DNA of 32,000 nucleotides from Dickeya dadantii NCPPB 898 (GTDB lineage Bacteria; Pseudomonadota; Gammaproteobacteria; Enterobacterales; Enterobacteriaceae): NCBI RefSeq assembly GCF_000406145.1, contig NZ_CM001976.1, positions 3,449,263 to 3,481,262 of the forward strand, read 5' to 3'. Shown piece by piece: positions 10,016 to 19,497 of this stretch (position 1 is its first letter; each line of letters starts with the position of its first letter). The notes under the pieces were generated by a model. It saw only the letters and a program-made list of their open reading frames with translations, ran no database searches and was not told where the DNA came from. The position numbers and the translations under genes were made by a program.

Positions 10016-11263
10016 ATGGATTCTTCAATTATGAGTACCGAATTAAAAACATCACTGCATAAACTGCTCGTTCCCCGGTTGTCGTTCATGATGTTTATGC
10101 AATTTTTTATCTGGGGAAGCTGGTCGGTCACGCTGGGGCTGGTGATGACGCAGCACAACATGTCCTCATTGATTGGCGACGCTTTCTCGGCCGGGCCTAT
10201 CGCCTCCATCCTGTCCCCTTTTGTGCTCGGCATGCTGGTTGACCGCTTTTTCCCTTCGCAGAAAGTGATGGCGGTGATGCACCTGGCCGGCGCGGCGATC
10301 CTGTGGTGTGTTCCGCAGGCGCTGGCAAGCGAAAATGGCGCACAGCTGATTGCACTGCTGTTCGCCTACACGTTGTGTTACATGCCGACGCTGGCGTTGA
10401 CCAACAACATTGCCTTCCACAGTCTGGCGAGTGCGGAAAAAACCTTTCCGGTGGTTCGCGTGTTCGGCACGATAGGCTGGATTGTCGCCGGGATCTTGAT
10501 TGGCGTTACCGGCATTGCCGCCAGCGTGATGATTTTCCAGCTTGCCGCGGTGTGCTCCGTCATTCTGGCCGTTTATAGCCTGACGTTGCCCCATACGCCG
10601 GCGCCGGCCAAAGGCCAGCCGCTGGCGTTGCGCGATCTGTTCTGCGCCGACGCCTTCGCCCTGCTGAAGAAAAGTCATTTTCTGATTTTTTCCGTCTGCG
10701 CCACCCTGATTTCCATTCCGCTGGGTACTTACTACGCCTACACCGCGTCATTCCTCGCGGATCTCGGCATTAAAGACGTCAGCACGGCGATGTCGTTCGG
10801 CCAGATGTCGGAAATCTTTTTCATGTTGATTATCCCGCTGTTGTTCCGCCGTCTGGGCATCAAATACATGCTGCTGATCGGTATGCTGGCGTGGTTTCTC
10901 CGCTATGCGCTGTTTGCCCTTGGCGTCAGCGAGACCGGGCGTGGGCTGCTGTACCTCGGCATTTTGCTGCATGGCGTTTGCTACGATTTTTTCTTTGTCA
11001 TCGGTTTTATCTATACCGATCGCGTTGCCGGCGACAAGGTCAAAGGTCAGGCGCAAAGCCTGATTGTCATGTTTACCTACGGTATTGGCATGTTGCTCGG
11101 CTCGCAAATCTCTGGCGCGCTGTATAACCGGCTGCTCGGACAGACCACGCCGCCCGAGGTACACAACTGGGTCACCTTCTGGTGGATCCCGGCCGTTATG
11201 GCCGCCGTCATCGCGTTTATTTTCCTTCTTTCCTTTAAATATCAAGAGCAAGACAACCGTTAA
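10016..11263 (+). CDS. Nucleoside:H+ symporter-family MFS transporter (NupG/XapB/YegT family)
   Basis: The 415-aa, 12-TM protein has family-typical motifs: LSFMMFMQFFIWGSW, SPFVLGMLVDRFF.SQKV, MPTLALTNNIAF, FGQMSEIFFML..P and LGILLHGVCYDFF. GGGAGAG precedes the ATG. Confidence 0.8.
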   Translation: MDSSIMSTELKTSLHKLLVPRLSFMMFMQFFIWGSWSVTLGLVMTQHNMSSLIGDAFSAGPIASILSPFVLGMLVDRFFPSQKVMAVMHLAGAAILWCVPQALASENGAQLIALLFAYTLCYMPTLALTNNIAFHSLASAEKTFPVVRVFGTIGWIVAGILIGVTGIAASVMIFQLAAVCSVILAVYSLTLPHTPAPAKGQPLALRDLFCADAFALLKKSHFLIFSVCATLISIPLGTYYAYTASFLADLGIKDVSTAMSFGQMSEIFFMLIIPLLFRRLGIKYMLLIGMLAWFLRYALFALGVSETGRGLLYLGILLHGVCYDFFFVIGFIYTDRVAGDKVKGQAQSLIVMFTYGIGMLLGSQISGALYNRLLGQTTPPEVHNWVTFWWIPAVMAAVIAFIFLLSFKYQEQDNR

Positions 11264-11284
11264 GCCATTACATAGGGAGGCAGA

Positions 11285-12355
11285 ATGCAAACAATAAAAG
11301 GGCCGGGTTTATTTCTCGCGCAGTATATTGGGGAACAGGCGCCCTTTAATTCACTGGAAGGGCTAGCCGGCTGGGCGGCTGGCCTCGGTTTCAAGGCGCT
11401 CCAGATCCCCTGCAACCATCCGCACATTTTTGATCTGGAAACGGCCGCGCACAGCCAAACCTATTGCGACGACGTCGCCGGACGCCTGGCTGAATACGGG
11501 CTGGTGATTAGCGAACTCTCCACCCATCTCGAAGGCCAGTTGATTGCCGTACATCCGGCTTACAATCACGCCTTTAACGATTTTGCGCCGCCTGCCGTTC
11601 GCCAGAGCAAAACAGCGCGGCAGCAATGGGCGGTAAGCGCGTTAACAAACGCCGCCGCCGCGTCAGAAAAATTGGGATTGCGCGCCCATGCGACCTTCTC
11701 CGGCGCGCTGGCCTGGCCCTATTTCTACCCGTGGCCACCGCGCAAGGAAACGTTAATCAAAGAGGCTTTCGACGAGCTGGCCCAGCGCTGGCGCCCAATC
11801 CTGGACGTCTTTGATCACCACGGCGTTGACCTCTGTTACGAATTGCACCCGTCGGAAGACCTGCACGATGGCGTCAGTTTCGAGCGTTTTCTCCATGCGG
11901 TTGACGACCACCCGCGCTGCCATGTGCTGTACGACCCGAGCCATATGCTGTTGCAGCAGATGGATTACCTCGCCTTTATCGATATTTACCACGACAGAAT
12001 CCGGGCCTTTCATGTGAAAGACGCCGAGTTTATACCCAGCGGCAAAAGCGGCGTTTACGGCGGCTATCAGCCCTGGACCGAACGCGCCGGGCGCTTCCGC
12101 TCGCCGGGAGACGGTCAGATCGATTTCAAATCCATTTTCAGCAAGCTGGCGCAGTATGACTATCCGGGCTGGGCGGTTCTGGAATGGGAATGCTGCCTGA
12201 AAGAGGCGGAAACCGGCGCGCGGGAAGGGGCCGAGTTCATCCGCCGTCACATCATCCCCGTGGCCGGCAAAGCATTTGATGACTTTGCCGCCACCACCAG
12301 CGATCGCCAGGCCATCAGGAACATGCTGGGGCTGAAAGGAGAAAACGCGTCATGA
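11285..12355 (+). CDS. Xylose-isomerase-like TIM-barrel protein (sugar phosphate isomerase/epimerase family), 356 aa
   Basis: Family-type motifs are YELHPSED, LYDPSHM, FHVKDAE and VLEWEC. GGGAGG precedes the ATG. The stop overlaps the next gene's start (ATGA). Confidence 0.75.
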   Translation: MQTIKGPGLFLAQYIGEQAPFNSLEGLAGWAAGLGFKALQIPCNHPHIFDLETAAHSQTYCDDVAGRLAEYGLVISELSTHLEGQLIAVHPAYNHAFNDFAPPAVRQSKTARQQWAVSALTNAAAASEKLGLRAHATFSGALAWPYFYPWPPRKETLIKEAFDELAQRWRPILDVFDHHGVDLCYELHPSEDLHDGVSFERFLHAVDDHPRCHVLYDPSHMLLQQMDYLAFIDIYHDRIRAFHVKDAEFIPSGKSGVYGGYQPWTERAGRFRSPGDGQIDFKSIFSKLAQYDYPGWAVLEWECCLKEAETGAREGAEFIRRHIIPVAGKAFDDFAATTSDRQAIRNMLGLKGENAS

Positions 12356-13503
12356 TCAATGTCGGCATTATCGGTTCAGGCTTCATCGGGCCTGCGCATA
12401 TCGAAGCTATCCGGCGGTTAGGGTTCGTCAATGTGGTCGCGCTATGCGACAGCACTCTTGCACTGGCGCAGGAAAAAGCCCGCCAGTTAGCTATCCCCCA
12501 TGCCTATGGCGACGTTGACGCGTTGCTGAACCATCCCGGTCTGGATGTGGTGCACAACTGCACGCCCAATTACCTGCATGCCGCCATCAACCGCAAAGCG
12601 ATGCTGGCGGGCAAACACATTTTTTCCGAAAAGCCGCTCTGCATGACCAGCGAGGAAGCCCGCGAACTGGTCGCGCTGGCGCAGGAAAAAGGCATCGTTC
12701 ATGGAGTCAGCTTTGTTTACCGCCACTTCGCGATGGTGCAGCAGGCGGCCAGCATGATCCGCCAGGAGGCGCTGGGTCGTCTGTTTGCCGTACACGGCGG
12801 TTACCTGCAAGACTGGATGCTCTACGAAACCGACTATAACTGGCGCGTCGATGCCGCTAAAGGCGGCCTGTCCCGCACCGTCGCCGACATCGGCTCCCAC
12901 TGGTGCGACACCATCCAGTTTGTCACCGGCCGTAAAATCGTCGAAGTGATGGCGGACCTCGCCACCGTCTACCCCACGCGTAAGGCCAGCCGCCAGGCGA
13001 CGGCTACCTTTGGCGGTCCGGATGCGGCGACGGAATATGAGGACAAACCCGTGACCACCGAAGACTTCGCCGCCATCCTGCTGCGTTTTGATGATGGCAG
13101 CCGCGGCAGTCTGACGGTATCTCAGGTAAGCGCCGGCAGAAAAAACCGCCTGCACTTTGAAATCAATGGCGCTCAGGCGTCTCTGGCCTGGGATCAGGAA
13201 CTGCCGCAAAATCTGTGGATCGGGCAGCGGGACCGCCCCAATCAACTACTGTGTGATGATCCGGCGTTGATGAATGCGGATGTGTCCAGCCAGGCCCATT
13301 TTCCCGGCGGCCACATTGAAGGCTGGCCCGATGCGTTTAAAAACATGATGCTGCGCTTTTATACCTATATTCGGGAAGGGAAACAGCCGCAGGTCGATCC
13401 CTGCGACTTCGCAACCTTCCACGACGGTGCCACCATTATGTTCATCATTGATGCAATAGTGCGCAGCCACCGGGAACAGCGCTGGATCGCCATACCGGCA
13501 TAA
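12352..13503 (+). CDS. Gfo/Idh/MocA-family NAD(P)-dependent oxidoreductase
   Basis: The N-terminal Rossmann motif is MINVGIIGSGFIGPAHIEA, followed by EKPL and the C-terminal alpha/beta domain. It is translationally coupled to the upstream TIM-barrel gene. Confidence 0.85.
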   Translation: MINVGIIGSGFIGPAHIEAIRRLGFVNVVALCDSTLALAQEKARQLAIPHAYGDVDALLNHPGLDVVHNCTPNYLHAAINRKAMLAGKHIFSEKPLCMTSEEARELVALAQEKGIVHGVSFVYRHFAMVQQAASMIRQEALGRLFAVHGGYLQDWMLYETDYNWRVDAAKGGLSRTVADIGSHWCDTIQFVTGRKIVEVMADLATVYPTRKASRQATATFGGPDAATEYEDKPVTTEDFAAILLRFDDGSRGSLTVSQVSAGRKNRLHFEINGAQASLAWDQELPQNLWIGQRDRPNQLLCDDPALMNADVSSQAHFPGGHIEGWPDAFKNMMLRFYTYIREGKQPQVDPCDFATFHDGATIMFIIDAIVRSHREQRWIAIPA

Positions 13504-13507
13504 TCTC

Positions 13508-13547
13508 CGATAGTCCGGCGGATATCAGCCGGACTATCGATTTTTTC
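13508..13547 (+). terminator. Intrinsic terminator after the oxidoreductase gene
   Basis: A 12-bp perfect stem cgatagtccggc/gccggactatcg with loop ggatatca is followed by attttttc. Confidence 0.8.
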
Positions 13548-13606
13548 GAGAAAACAAACTGTGATAGCCTGTTCGCAGAGCTCATGTTCAGGAATGTTTT
13601 CCCATT

Positions 13607-14587
13607 ATGTCGATTCAAAAAATCGCACGACTTGCCGGCGTTTCCGTGGCAACCGTATCGCGGGTGCTGAATAATCAGGACTCCGTTAAGCCCCAAAACC
13701 GTGAACGTGTACTGAACGCCATCCAACAAAGCAATTACCAGCCCAATTTACTCGCCAGACAATTGCGTACCGCGAAAAGTCATATGCTGCTGGTCATGGT
13801 TTCCAATATCGCCAACCCATTCTGCGCCGATGTGGTAAAAGGCATTGAATCCGAAGCGGAGCAGAATGGATACCGCATTCTGTTATGTAATTCCGGCTCG
13901 GATACGGCGCGGGCAAAATCCAGCCTGTCGTTATTGTCCGGGAAAATGGTCGACGGGGTAATTACCATGGACGCATTATCCCGTTTGCCGGAATTGACCA
14001 CGATGATAGGCGACGCGCCCTGGGTACAGTGCGCCGAATACGCCGATGCGGCGGCGGTTTCCAGCGTCGGTATTGATGACCGGCTGGCATCCCGTTTTGT
14101 GCTTGAACACCTGTTAAAAAATAACCGCCAGCGCATCGCCATGATCAACCACGACCTGAATTATAAATATGCCCAACTGCGGGAACAGGGTTATCGGGAA
14201 ATGATTGCCGAGCACGCGCGTCCCTATTCCTCGGTTATTTATGCCAGTGAACTCAGTTACGAGGCGGGGAAAAAAGCCATGCTCTCGTTGCTTAATGAGG
14301 AAATACGACCAGACGCGGTATTTGCCGTGTCAGACACGCTGGCGGCCGGCGCGTTAAAAGCGATTGAAGACGCGGGATTGCAGGTGGCGAAAGATATTGC
14401 CGTGATCGGGTTTGACGGTACCGAGTTAAGCTATATTACCTCGCCGCAATTAAGCACCGTCCAGCAGCCTTCACAAGAAATCGGTCGGCAGGCCGTCAAA
14501 TTGCTGCTGCAAAAAATCAATGACCCTGACAGTCTTCCTGAAAAAAGAATCCTGGACTGGCAATTTATTTCCCGGGCATCAGGTTAA
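13607..14587 (+). CDS. LacI-family transcriptional regulator
   Basis: The N-terminal HTH is MSIQKIARLAGVSVATVSRVLNN, followed by a periplasmic-binding-protein-like sugar-binding core (326 aa). Confidence 0.9.
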   Translation: MSIQKIARLAGVSVATVSRVLNNQDSVKPQNRERVLNAIQQSNYQPNLLARQLRTAKSHMLLVMVSNIANPFCADVVKGIESEAEQNGYRILLCNSGSDTARAKSSLSLLSGKMVDGVITMDALSRLPELTTMIGDAPWVQCAEYADAAAVSSVGIDDRLASRFVLEHLLKNNRQRIAMINHDLNYKYAQLREQGYREMIAEHARPYSSVIYASELSYEAGKKAMLSLLNEEIRPDAVFAVSDTLAAGALKAIEDAGLQVAKDIAVIGFDGTELSYITSPQLSTVQQPSQEIGRQAVKLLLQKINDPDSLPEKRILDWQFISRASG

Positions 14588-14660
14588 GGTATTATGTGTT
14601 ACGCGATGACCTGCCGATGTTCTGACAAAAAAAGATCTCTGGTTGATTAACGCTGGCGGT

Positions 14661-14694
14661 GGTACAGACAACCCCATAATAGATTGTCTGTACC
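14661..14694. other. Hairpin between the convergent regulator and TIM-barrel genes
   Basis: There is an 11-bp perfect stem ggtacagacaa/ttgtctgtacc with a 12-nt loop. No flanking T-run is present on either strand. Confidence 0.4.
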
Positions 14695-14718
14695 GGTTCA
14701 CTAAAAGCTCATGTCATT

Positions 14719-15573
14719 TTAAGGATTGACATGCTTTAGCAGAAACTTCCTGGCGGTGGTGATAATCGAATAAGGATCTTTTGGGGCATCGTGCTCAACG
14801 ATAAACCAGACTTTCCCTGCTTTTTCTGCCGCGGGGAAGATGTCATCCCAGGTCAGAATACCTTCGCCGGCCGGCGCAAAATTCATTTCATCATCACGAG
14901 TGCCAATCGGCGCGTGATCCTTGGCATGAACGGCAAACACCCGTCCTTTATATTTTTTCAGCAGACGTGCCGGGTCCTGGCCGCCTCGCGTCACCCAGGC
15001 CATATCCAGCTCGATTGCCAGATTGGGGGCATGGTCAAAAAGAATTTCCAGCGCCGTTTTACCGTTATATTTTTTCATTTCAAAATCATGGTTATGATAT
15101 CCCAGCGTCATTCCCTGCTTTTTAAGATGACGAGCCAGATTATCCAGTTCCTGCGCCATGTCTTTCCATGCCTGCGCGCTGGCCGGCCGGTCAGCCGGCT
15201 CAATCCAGGGAACAATCAGTACACGGTTACCGACAGCGTTGTTGAATGCGACCACACTCTGCATATCCTGCCGCAAATTAGTGAGCTGCACATGAGCCGA
15301 TATCGCCTTCAGGTTATATTTCTCAAGCAGCGATTTCATCTCATCAGACGACACATTATGGTCGCCAACCAACTCTACGGCATTAAAACCCGCCTTATTC
15401 GCCATTGCGAACTGCTCTTCCAGCGAGCCGACATGACGCAGTGTATACATTTGCAGGGCAATGGGCACATTCCCTTTTCCCGCTTCAAGATTCGCCCTGG
15501 CAAGTAATGGCAACGCATTGAGGGTAAACAACGAGATAAAAAGTGATAAACGTAAAAATCGCTTCAGGTCCAT
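14719..15573 (-). CDS. Secreted/periplasmic xylose-isomerase-like TIM-barrel protein
   Basis: The N-terminal signal peptide is MDLKRFLRLSLFISLFTLNALPLLARA. The body has TIM-barrel motifs (GFNAVEL, GYHNHDFE, HAKD, VEHD). It is visibly more AT-rich than its neighbours. Operator O3 lies about 100 bp upstream. Confidence 0.75.
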   Translation of the reverse strand: MDLKRFLRLSLFISLFTLNALPLLARANLEAGKGNVPIALQMYTLRHVGSLEEQFAMANKAGFNAVELVGDHNVSSDEMKSLLEKYNLKAISAHVQLTNLRQDMQSVVAFNNAVGNRVLIVPWIEPADRPASAQAWKDMAQELDNLARHLKKQGMTLGYHNHDFEMKKYNGKTALEILFDHAPNLAIELDMAWVTRGGQDPARLLKKYKGRVFAVHAKDHAPIGTRDDEMNFAPAGEGILTWDDIFPAAEKAGKVWFIVEHDAPKDPYSIITTARKFLLKHVNP

Positions 15574-15671
15574 AAGATTCTCCAGATAGATGTTCCTTGC
15601 TTTTTGTTATTCCGTCTCAATTACTCCCTGTCAGTCAGATATCATATTCAGGCATTAACCGTAGGGTCTTT

Positions 15672-15699
15672 CATAAAAAGTAATCGATTACTTTTTATG
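15672..15699. promoter_or_regulatory. LacI-family-type operator O3 (perfect 28-bp palindrome)
   Basis: CATAAAAAGTAATC|GATTACTTTTTATG has the same GTAATCGATTAC core as O1 and O2. Confidence 0.7.
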
Positions 15700-15917
15700 T
15701 TAATCAGAAAGAAAAATTTCATCAACAAGGCATTATCAATTAGCTGTCTGCGTCACAAAAACAGAAAAGCAGGCATATCGACATACCCGCATCGCCGTTA
15801 ATACTCTTTCGATGTTATTCAGAATAAGACGGTATCTATCGCCATACTTTTTTATCTGGCCGCAATAACATGCTCTTTTCAGCCGATGTGCATTTCAGCC
15901 GATGCACATTTCTTTTT

Positions 15918-15964
15918 ACGAACACGCCGTACTCAGGAAGGGTTCCTGAGCATGGCGTGTTCGT
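15918..15964. other. Long nested hairpin downstream of thiD
   Basis: The outer stem is acgaacacgcc/ggcgtgttcgt (11 bp). The inner stem is ctcagg/cctgag. The T-run lies on the wrong side for thiD termination. Confidence 0.5.
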
Positions 15965-16004
15965 TGCCGACGGCTTTTTCTGCCGCCGGCAATCCGTCAA
16001 CGCG

Positions 16005-16808
16005 TCACCACCAGCGGTGGAAATGGTGTACCGGGCCGATGCCGTGGCCGACCTCCAGCGAATCCGCCTGCTCCAGCGCCCCTTGCAGATACGCCCGCGC
16101 GGCGGACAGCGTATCCGGCCAGTTGTCATGACGCGGGCGCAACGCCGCCAGCGCCGCCGACAGCGTGCAGCCGGTGCCGTGCGTATGCCGGGTGTTGACG
16201 CGCGGCGCGCTCAACCGCACCGGCTCCGCATCCGGCATGAATAGCCAGTCCGGACTTTCGCTGTCGCTTAGATGACCGCCTTTCATCAGCACCGCTCGGC
16301 ACCCCATCGCCAGTAATGCGTCCCCCTGCCGGCGCATACCACGCTCATCGTCGGCGGGCGAGCACTGCAACAGCGCCGCCGCCTCCGGCAGATTGGGGGT
16401 GATCAGCGACACCCGCGGCAACAGCAGCTGGCGTACCGCCTCTACCGCTTCCGGCGCCAGCAGCGGATCGCCGCTTTTCGCCAGCATCACCGTGTCCAGC
16501 ACCACATACGGCACCGGATAGCGCAACAGCCGGTCCGCCACCGCTTCCACGATATCCGTCTGCGCCAGCATGCCGATTTTGGCGCTGTCGATACGCACAT
16601 CGCTCAGCACCGAATCCAGCTGGGCGGCGACAAACACCGGTTCAATGCGATAAACCGACTGTACGCCGCGCGTATTCTGCGCCACCAGCGCGGTAATCAC
16701 GCTGGTGCCGTAAGCGCCCAGCGCCGAGAAGGTTTTAAGGTCGGCCTGAATACCGGCGCCGCCGCTCGGGTCGGTGCCGGCGATGGTCAGCGCGTTGATG
16801 CGTTTCAT
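16005..16808 (-). CDS. thiD: Hydroxymethylpyrimidine/phosphomethylpyrimidine kinase ThiD
   Basis: The protein starts [34 protein letters not shown] and runs to [10 protein letters not shown], 267 aa. Its ATG overlaps the thiM stop (ATGA). The upstream extension in the track overlaps thiM out of frame and was discarded. Confidence 0.92.
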   Translation of the reverse strand: MKRINALTIAGTDPSGGAGIQADLKTFSALGAYGTSVITALVAQNTRGVQSVYRIEPVFVAAQLDSVLSDVRIDSAKIGMLAQTDIVEAVADRLLRYPVPYVVLDTVMLAKSGDPLLAPEAVEAVRQLLLPRVSLITPNLPEAAALLQCSPADDERGMRRQGDALLAMGCRAVLMKGGHLSDSESPDWLFMPDAEPVRLSAPRVNTRHTHGTGCTLSAALAALRPRHDNWPDTLSAARAYLQGALEQADSLEVGHGIGPVHHFHRWW

Positions 16809-17599
16809 GCCAGCGCCTCCCGGTTCAGGGTATAGAGCGCATCCAGGAACGCGGGGATGAAACTGCCCGGCCCACGCGCCTGCGCCGCGGCCTGCTGCCC
16901 GCAGCGGGACATCACCGCACAGGCGGCGGCGACATGACTGAGTCGGTCGCCTTCCAGCGCACAGAAACCGGCCACCACCGCCGATAGCGCGCACCCGGTG
17001 CCGACCACCCGCGTCATCAGCGCATCGCCGCCGGGTACGGCCAGCACGCGTTCGCCATCGGTCACGTAATCCACCTCGCCGGTTACCGCCACACAAGTGG
17101 CCCAGCGGCGCGCCAGCATAATGGCGAAAGGCAGCGCCGCCAGCACCTCGTTGCCGCTGTCCACCCCGCGCCCGGCCGAACGTTCGCCGGCCAGCGCCAT
17201 GATTTCAGAGGCGTTACCGCGGACTGCCGCCGGCTTCATCGCCAGCAGCTCAAAAGCAAACTCGGTGCGAAAACGCAGGCCGCCCACCGCTACCGGGTCC
17301 AGCACCCACGGCGTGCCGACCTCGATGGCGCTCGCCACCGCCGCGCGCATCGCCTGCGCGCGGTCGGCTTCAAGGGTGCCCAGATTAATCAGTAACCCAT
17401 CAGCCAGCGCGCTGAACTGCGCGGCTTCACCGGCATCCACCACCATCGCGGGCGAGGCGCCCAGCGCCAGCAGCACATTGGCGGTAAACCCCTGCACCAC
17501 CTCATTGGTCAGGCAGTGCACCAGCGGTGCGCGCAAACGGAAAGCATCAAGGGAATCCGCGACGGACGCGGCAGGGAAAAGTACAGGTCGAGCGTTCAT
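16805..17599 (-). CDS. thiM: Hydroxyethylthiazole kinase ThiM
   Basis: The product is collinear with E. coli ThiM ([62 protein letters not shown]). Confidence 0.92.
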   Translation of the reverse strand: MNARPVLFPAASVADSLDAFRLRAPLVHCLTNEVVQGFTANVLLALGASPAMVVDAGEAAQFSALADGLLINLGTLEADRAQAMRAAVASAIEVGTPWVLDPVAVGGLRFRTEFAFELLAMKPAAVRGNASEIMALAGERSAGRGVDSGNEVLAALPFAIMLARRWATCVAVTGEVDYVTDGERVLAVPGGDALMTRVVGTGCALSAVVAGFCALEGDRLSHVAAACAVMSRCGQQAAAQARGPGSFIPAFLDALYTLNREALA

Positions 17600-17639
17600 A
17601 AACCTCCCAACCGGCGTGAAAGAAGGCGGTACCGGCGGG

Positions 17640-17735
17640 ATACCGTGACTTCCCTACGCTGGCATAATCCAGATCAGGTAATACGGGTCTATCTCAGCCG
17701 ATTTCCGTGACAGGAAAGCGGCACCCCGAGTCAAC
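17640..17735 (-). promoter_or_regulatory. TPP (thi-box) riboswitch in the thiM leader
   Basis: The minus strand reads gactcggggtgcc...ggctgagatagacccgtattacctgatctggattatgccagcgtagggaagtc. It matches the conserved TPP aptamer cores CUGAGA, ACCUGAUCUGGAUAAUGCCAGCG and the P1 helix, as in the E. coli thiM leader. Confidence 0.9.
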
Positions 17736-17742
17736 GAACGTC

Positions 17743-17771
17743 ATATTGGAAGCATTGACCCAAAAGGTCAA
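17743..17771 (-). promoter_or_regulatory. Candidate sigma70 promoter of thiMD
   Basis: The minus strand reads TTGACC, a 17-nt spacer, then CAATAT, a few nt upstream of the riboswitch P1 region. Confidence 0.5.
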
Positions 17772-18362
17772 CGGCAGAAAAAACGTGGGTAGTAGCGACC
17801 AATACTCAAAGAAATTGATTCACAACCTTATCGCCACAATAGCATTAGAAAAACACATGAATCAGCATTAGAAAAAAATATGAATTCAATTAAGAGATTT
17901 CTTCTTGAAAAATAAGAAAACACCATTACTAGAATATATTCCAGCTATAATTAGAACACCCAATTGTTGTCACCATAATGTTGTCACCATAATTAGCCCG
18001 TCCGTTAACCAGACCTGTTGCCGGATTAAGTATCGTGGGCAACAGGCAACTAAAATAGCTATCCATACCACGTATCATAACATCCCCCATCAGATACAAA
18101 AAACGAACAAAATTTGCACAACGAGAAATTAGTGTTTATATTGATTATTTAGCAACCTGATAAGGCGATAATAGTGTCATTAATATCAACGACGCTGAAA
18201 TATTCATCCTCTTATCATATAAGATAAAATTAAGAGTAACAAAGCACATACTGATTTCCGGTATGTTAGTAATGTCTTTCCCTCTGGCTAAAATGCTGCC
18301 CCTCTCTTTTCTGGCGGCAAGGTGACAGTGCTTTTCTTATTATGGTTAATTCAAAATACTTA

Positions 18363-18708
18363 TGTATACCCAAAATAATTCGAGTTGCAGTACAACACGC
18401 TCGCGTGTTGAACAACGCAACGCGTTGGCCCGCCAGGGCAAGGCTCATTAAGAGCCTTGTAACGCGGCAAGAGAGTGACAAATTCGTCGGGAACGAATTT
18501 GACCAGCCAACGGCTGGCCTCCGGTGAGAGACAGGATGTCTCTCATTTCATCCCGATGAGCTTACTCAGATAAGTGATTCGGGTGAACGACAAATCTGCC
18601 GGGAGCAGATTTGAACGCAGCTTGCTGCGGCCCTGAAAGGTCGAGGCCCAAGGAGGGGCCGAGTAACGCAGCCAACACACCTGCAACTTGAAGTATGACG
18701 GGTATATA
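18363..18708. repeat. Enlarged ERIC (enterobacterial repetitive intergenic consensus / IRU) element with internal insertions
   Basis: The termini are tgtatacccaaaataattcgagttgcag and ctgcaacttgaagtatgacgggtata. The centre catcccgatgagcttactcagataagtgattcgggtgaacg matches the ERIC ends and core (..CCCCAGGAGCTTACATAAGTAAGTGACTGGGGTGAGCG..). About 220 bp of extra sequence is interposed in both arms. Confidence 0.8.
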
Positions 18709-18717
18709 CCCTATTAA

Positions 18718-19491
<774 letters not shown>

Positions 19492-19497
19492 CAGCAT

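Noticed and set aside
14791-15507. A 238-aa plus-strand ORF
   Set aside because: It is antisense to the TIM-barrel gene, which has clear family motifs and a signal peptide. The plus-strand product has no recognisable features.
16809-17096. N-terminal 96-aa extension of the thiD ORF
   Set aside because: It overlaps thiM out of frame and is Arg/Gly-rich nonsense. The canonical ThiD N-terminus [19 protein letters not shown] starts at 16808 with an ATGA overlap to thiM.
17097-17648. A 183-aa plus-strand ORF over thiM and its riboswitch
   Set aside because: It is antisense to thiM and its product is Ala/Ser/Arg-rich low-complexity sequence.
17841-17993. Tandem repeats considered as a possible CRISPR or minisatellite array
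   Set aside because: There are only two adjacent copies each with no spacers, no cas genes are present, and the repeat lengths (23 and 14 bp) and arrangement do not fit CRISPR.
17905-18132. A 75-aa ORF in the AT-rich spacer
   Set aside because: It has a non-ATG start and no SD. The composition-driven open frame passes through tandem repeats, and the product is Cys/His/Thr-rich with no motif.
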